From Desulfotalea psychrophila LSv54 (GTDB lineage Bacteria; Desulfobacterota; Desulfobulbia; Desulfobulbales; Desulfocapsaceae): a DNA stretch of 32,000 nucleotides. Positions within the stretch are counted from its first letter, which is position 1; every line of letters starts with the position of its first letter. The notes under the pieces are model-generated. The model saw only the letters and a list, made by a program, of their open reading frames with translations. It had not been told where the DNA came from and searched no databases. The stretch lies in NCBI RefSeq assembly GCF_000025945.1, contig NC_006138.1, forward strand, positions 1,350,001 through 1,382,000, written 5' to 3'. Below are positions 27,349 to 32,000 of this stretch, piece after piece. A program made the position numbers and the translations under genes.

Positions 27349-28419
27349 TTACTTAGGTGAAGTTCCTGTTTTAGGTAGGTGGGCAGCAAACACCTCTCCG
27401 TATATTTGCCAGAGGGTAAGAAAGAGTGCCGCGATTAACGGGCCGATGATGATTCCCAGAAGACCGAACATCGAAATGCCGCCCAGAGTGCCGAAGAGGA
27501 CAAAGAGGTCATGCATTTCTGTATCCTTACCAACGAGGCGCGGACGGAGAAAATTGTCGATATTGCCGGCAATAAGACCACAGCCGATGGCAAGAACGGC
27601 GACTCCGAAAAAATTACTCATCAGGGCAATTATAATAAGGGCTGGCCCCCAGATGATTGCCGTACCAACAGCGGGTATAACTGACATAACGGCCATAACC
27701 GTTCCCCAGAAGAAGGGGCCCTGAATCCCGGCTATTGCAAAGGAGATACCGCATATTCCACCCTGGAGGATACCGATGATAATGGTTCCCTTGATGGTAG
27801 CCCGGGTAACAGAGGTGAATCTTACCAGAAGTTTTTGCTCTTCTCTGTCCTGCAGGGGGAGAAAGAAGAGTATTTTGTCTAAGAGATCCTTGCCCACGTT
27901 GAGGAAATAGAAGGTCACGTAGAGCATGATAACAGAGCTGAAGATGAAGTTTATGGTCAGCTTGGTGAATGAGCCCAGGGAGTCTATGAGAAAGCTTGAT
28001 ATGGCTCCGACAAGTTGGCCGCTCTTGTGGATAATGGTATCTCTGTATGGGAGTATCTCTTGATAAAAGGGAACTTTTTCCAGGTAATAGGTCATGGAGG
28101 TAGGTTCGGCGATAAATTTCTGGATCCAGGGGGCGATGGATTGGCTGACAGTGATTGCCTGAGCTACCACAATGGTGATAAGAATTGCCAGAGGAATCAG
28201 TATGAGAAGGACAATACCAGCTACTATAAGCATTGAAGAAAGATTTTCTCTATTACCAAGGAGTATGCAGAGCTTTTTGTGACTGGGGCTGAGCAGGGCT
28301 GAGAGCAGGCCTGCCATAAAGATGGCCATGAGGAACTGTTGGATCATACTTAAAAAAACTGCTGAGATGATGAAAACCAGCACCAGTAGAGAAGACTTGT
28401 TGATTGTTTCAAAATTCAT
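27349..28419 (-). CDS. AI-2E family transporter (PerM/YdiK-like)
   Basis: 356 aa polytopic protein with 'GGICGISFAIAGIQGPFFWGTVMAVMSVIPAVGTAIIWGPALI' and 'FGTLGGISMFGLLGIIIGPLIAALFLTLWQIY'. Confidence 0.92.
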   Translation of the reverse strand: MNFETINKSSLLVLVFIISAVFLSMIQQFLMAIFMAGLLSALLSPSHKKLCILLGNRENLSSMLIVAGIVLLILIPLAILITIVVAQAITVSQSIAPWIQKFIAEPTSMTYYLEKVPFYQEILPYRDTIIHKSGQLVGAISSFLIDSLGSFTKLTINFIFSSVIMLYVTFYFLNVGKDLLDKILFFLPLQDREEQKLLVRFTSVTRATIKGTIIIGILQGGICGISFAIAGIQGPFFWGTVMAVMSVIPAVGTAIIWGPALIIIALMSNFFGVAVLAIGCGLIAGNIDNFLRPRLVGKDTEMHDLFVLFGTLGGISMFGLLGIIIGPLIAALFLTLWQIYGEVFAAHLPKTGTSPK

Positions 28420-28844
28420 GCCTGTCCTTGTCTGTGTGGGCCTCTCACCCGGGCGAGGTGCAAATCTTGGCTCTGCCCCGGATAAAGAGATAAATTTATA
28501 AGAGAACGCCTAGGCGTTTTGAGTATAATTACAACAATCAGGTGTAACAGGTTTGCTGTGGAGGGTATCTTGGCACTTACCTGAAAAGCGGGTATTAATA
28601 AAGATTACCGGTAACCTCTTTAAGGGAGAAGTATACTGGTATTTTACCCTCGGTAAATGGGAAATTACAACTCCCATCATTTTTAAGTTGGCGGGCAGGG
28701 ACAAATAGAAATGGCAGTGGTTGAATGGGGGTCTTTCGTTTTGAATAAAAAAGCCATAATCTTGCCCTTATTGGTTCTAGCTTAGTAGGTTGTATCCATA
28801 GATCATCATCTGATGAGAGTAAAGATTAGAGAGGGGAGTGGGCT

Positions 28845-29573
28845 GTGATTTCTTTTACTGATGTAAATAAGTGGTATGGAGACTTTCGGGTACTCAAAGA
28901 TATAAATCTTACCATTGCTGAAGGTGAGGTTGTGGTTGTCTGTGGGCCTTCTGGGTCAGGTAAGAGTACCCTCATTCGTTGTATCAGTCGCCTGGAGCCT
29001 ATCCAGAGGGGGCATATTGTGGTCGATGGTCATGATGTAAATGATCTAAAGACCAACCTTACCCTGTTGCGAGCTGAAATAGGCTTTGTCTTTCAGCAGT
29101 TTAATCTCTATCCGCATATGACGGTGCTTGAAAATATTACCCTTGCCCCTCGGCTGGTTAGGGGGATGACCTCTGGCGATGCAGAAAAATTGGGCATGGA
29201 TCTGTTGAAGAAGGTCGATATTCCTGATCGTGCCAATCACTATCCCAGTCAGCTCTCAGGTGGCCAGCAACAGCGGGTTGCCATTGCCCGTGGTCTTGCC
29301 ATGAGGCCCCGTATTATGCTCTTTGATGAACCGACCTCGGCCCTTGATCCTGAAATGATTAACGAGGTGCTTGATGTTATGAGGGAACTGGCTCGGGAGG
29401 GAATGACCATGGTCTGTGTTACCCATGAAATGGGCTTTGCCCGTGAGGTTGCCGATCGTATTATCTTTATGGATGAGGGTAATCTTGTCGAGCAGAATAG
29501 TCCCCATGAGTTTTTTGAAAACCCTCAGCATGGAAGGACGAAAGATTTTCTCAGTAAGATCTTGTCGCATTAG
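28845..29573 (+). CDS. Polar amino-acid ABC transporter ATPase (GlnQ-like)
   Basis: '[29 protein letters not shown]', '[22 protein letters not shown]', '[43 protein letters not shown]'. Confidence 0.95.
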   Translation: MISFTDVNKWYGDFRVLKDINLTIAEGEVVVVCGPSGSGKSTLIRCISRLEPIQRGHIVVDGHDVNDLKTNLTLLRAEIGFVFQQFNLYPHMTVLENITLAPRLVRGMTSGDAEKLGMDLLKKVDIPDRANHYPSQLSGGQQQRVAIARGLAMRPRIMLFDEPTSALDPEMINEVLDVMRELAREGMTMVCVTHEMGFAREVADRIIFMDEGNLVEQNSPHEFFENPQHGRTKDFLSKILSH

Positions 29574-29731
29574 AGAGAGCTTGAAAAAAGCCAATTTTTC
29601 AAGGTTCTCACTATCTGTCTTGAGCTGTTTCGTACTACAACTGCCTCTGCGCAAGTGGGCTGTCAGCCTTCTTTTTCATGTTGGTGCACGAGGTATAAGA
29701 TGAAAAAAGACCTAGTAACGGAGAATGAGAG

Positions 29732-30547
29732 ATGAGATTGAAGTCGATTATCGCTGGAGCAGTTATTTCAGTAATGGTGAGTGGTGTGGTGGCATTTGCC
29801 GGCCCTGTCTGGGATAAGATCCAGAAGAGCAAGACCCTGCGGGCAGGCATTATGAACAATTCTATTCCTGGCGCCTACTACAATGATAAAAAAGAGTGGG
29901 TGGGCTTTGATGTTGATATGGCAAAGGAAATTGCCAAGCGCCTTGGCCTGAAGCTGGAACAGGTGCTCGTGACCGATAAGACTCGTATTGGTTTTTTGCA
30001 GCAGGGACGTATTGATATGTCCATTGCCAATATGACCCATAAGCGTGAGCGTGATAAGTCCATCGATTTCTCCATCACCTACTTTTTTGACGGACAGAAG
30101 ATGCTTACCCGAAAGGGTAAATATGCGGACTGGAATGCCCTTGTTGGTAAGACCATTGCCACCGTCCAGGGAACCACCTCCGAGATTAATGTAAAGACCC
30201 TTATGAAAAAAATGGGTGGAGCCGAAATTGTCTCTTATCAGGATTATCCCTCTGCCTTCAATGCCCTGCAGATGGGGCGTGTCCAGGCATTTTCTACGGA
30301 TTCCACCATCCTGCTTGGCTATGCTGCACAGGAGCCGGGAAAGTATGAGCTTGTCGGTGATTTCTTTTCTCGCGAGCCCTATGGTATCGGTCTTCCTCAG
30401 GATGAGTCTCAACTGCGTGATGCGGTAAACTTTGCCCTTCAGGATATGTGGAAGGATGGTACCTATATGGCAATTTACAATAAGTGGTATGGAGAGAGAA
30501 CTCCCTATTATTTTCCCATGACCGAGCAGATTGAGATGTGGCCATAA
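29732..30547 (+). CDS. Amino-acid ABC transporter periplasmic binding protein
   Basis: Signal peptide plus 'WVGFDVDMAKEIAKRLGLKLEQVLVTDKTRIGFLQQGRIDMSIANMTHKRERDKSIDFSITYF'. Confidence 0.93.
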   Translation: MRLKSIIAGAVISVMVSGVVAFAGPVWDKIQKSKTLRAGIMNNSIPGAYYNDKKEWVGFDVDMAKEIAKRLGLKLEQVLVTDKTRIGFLQQGRIDMSIANMTHKRERDKSIDFSITYFFDGQKMLTRKGKYADWNALVGKTIATVQGTTSEINVKTLMKKMGGAEIVSYQDYPSAFNALQMGRVQAFSTDSTILLGYAAQEPGKYELVGDFFSREPYGIGLPQDESQLRDAVNFALQDMWKDGTYMAIYNKWYGERTPYYFPMTEQIEMWP

Positions 30548-30718
30548 TGGTTTGAGTTATCTGCAAGCGGAGGGGTTGTTGCCTGCACCCGTTTGAGATG
30601 TGGAATGGAGTTGATCCCTGCGGCTAATGCTCTTGGGGCTGCTACGTTTTGTGGCGAGAAGCAACTTTAGCTCTGCGGAAAAATGTTGATAAGACGTTGT
30701 TCTTTCAGATAAGTTAAT

Positions 30719-30749
30719 AATAGCGAGACGATTATCGCTATTGTTTTTG
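30719..30749 (+). terminator. Intrinsic terminator after the binding-protein gene
   Basis: AATAGCGA-gacgatta-TCGCTATT followed by GTTTTT. Confidence 0.7.
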
Positions 30750-30764
30750 GGATTAGTAGAGGCC

Positions 30765-32000
30765 TAGAGGTAGCATTTCATCTGCAGGTAGAAAGAGCTG
30801 TCGGCGATGTCATCGGAGTATGATCCTGCTAGCCAGCAGAGAATGGGTAGGAGTCTCCGCTTTCCAGATTGGCGGGATTGCTGTCGGTATAGTCAATATC
30901 GCCAGAGCCATAGCCCGGATGGAAGCTGAGGGCCAGATCATGTTTTACCTAGTGATTATAGCCACCTGTGATGCCGTGGACATTGGCATCGTATTCAACA
31001 GGGTCGGAGCTGTTAGGGGGTAGCTGTAATAGGGGCGGGCAAAGAGCCAGCTACGCTTTGCCGACAGGGCACTTGTCATCAGCGCCGATGGGTCAAGAAT
31101 GGGATCGGTTGAGGCAAGTTGGACACCTTCGTAGGCCACACTGCCTGTGGATTGTTTCTGGCCATCATGCCGAGCATGGGGCTTATAAGGTCGGTTCTGG
31201 CAATGGCAATGCTGTTGTCGGTGATGGTGTTTTTCTGACCTCTGTTGCTAGCTGTGAAACAGAGGCCTTGGGGTGGTAGGTGATGGCCAGTTTCTGTGGC
31301 GCTTCTCCATTGCCGTTTATAAGTTCTGCTGAATAATCGGGACTGGTCGTCTGGATATGGCTGAATTGATCTATGCTGGCACCTCCTGCCAGCATGGGAA
31401 TATCATAGCTGCCGTTGCTGAGGTTATTGTCGGTAAAGGCATAGAGTCTTGCATTTTCGAAGGTGACATCTCTACTGCCACCCGAAATAGTTCCCCTGTA
31501 CTCCCTATCTACCTGGGCCTGATCATTGAACTTCATGGCAAAACCGGTGATATTCACCCCATCTGGGGCAACAACCTGGTATGAACTTTCTTCTGCTCTT
31601 GTGGTGGTAAGATTAATCAGTCCGGAGGAGTGAAGGACTGGCAGAATCGATGAGTCTGACGGAGCCCCTATGTAGATGCCCGTTGCGGCACTTGTGCCGC
31701 CGTTTTCAGCCTCGACGTTGATGGTGCCGCTATTGGTTACATCTCCACGAGTCCAGATGCCTGTTGCCTGACTGCACGCATAGCCGGAAGTTGAGTTGCT
31801 GGTCGCTTTAACGGTAATATCGCCCCTGTTGTTGATATTGCCTTCTGAATCCACAATTCCCAAGGCCTTAGTCCCTCTTTTTGCCCTTGCGGTAAGAGTG
31901 ATATTGCCCTTATTGTATATATTGCCCCCTCCTGAAGTGCTCATCAGTCCGGTGCCCATTATGTCTCTGAAGTTTTTTGTTTCTATTGAGATTGTGCCGT
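30765..32000 (-). pseudogene. Decayed autotransporter, partial at right edge: passenger ORF (31183..32000) plus frameshifted beta-barrel remnant
   Basis: Passenger repeats 'GNIYNKGNITLTA', 'GNINNRGDITVKA', 'GDVTNSGTINVEA', with the frame open to 32000. Downstream remnants in changing frames: 'ITDNSIAIARTDLISPMLGMMARNNPQAVW', then 'EYDANVHGITGGYNH*VKHDLALSFHPGYGSGDIDYTDSNPANLESGDSYPFSAG*', then 'YSDDIADSSFYLQMK'. Confidence 0.75.

Overview
The window looks like a marine/psychrophilic sulfate-reducing Desulfobacterota genome, Desulfotalea-like. That assignment is inferred from gene content and was not searched. I found no rRNA, tRNA, CRISPR array or transposase. The left ~14 kb is the most unusual part. 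A + strand cluster (<3..6663) encodes a FlgO/LPP20-like protein, a DUF4384 lipoprotein, an OmpA-like protein, a decayed caspase-FGE gene, an alternative sigma factor, a zf-HC2-like protein and a membrane-anchored Lon-type (S16) protease domain without an ATPase. It converges at a strong hairpin (6681..6707) with a - strand cluster (13967..6728). That second cluster encodes an SPOR-like bitopic protein, a secreted helical protein, a lipoprotein, an ExbB/MotA-like channel, an ExbD-like-TM/coiled-coil protein, an SLT transglycosylase, another lipoprotein and a secreted protein. Together they look like an uncharacterised envelope-associated system with its own sigma/putative anti-sigma/protease control module. 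The rest is more ordinary: an HPP family protein, two divergent class I hybrid cluster proteins with a TTGAC-N4-GTCAA palindrome between them, an exported MsrAB, a CPA1 antiporter, pstSCAB, gshF, an AI-2E family transporter, an amino-acid ABC ATPase plus binding protein with no permease, and a decayed autotransporter running off the right edge.
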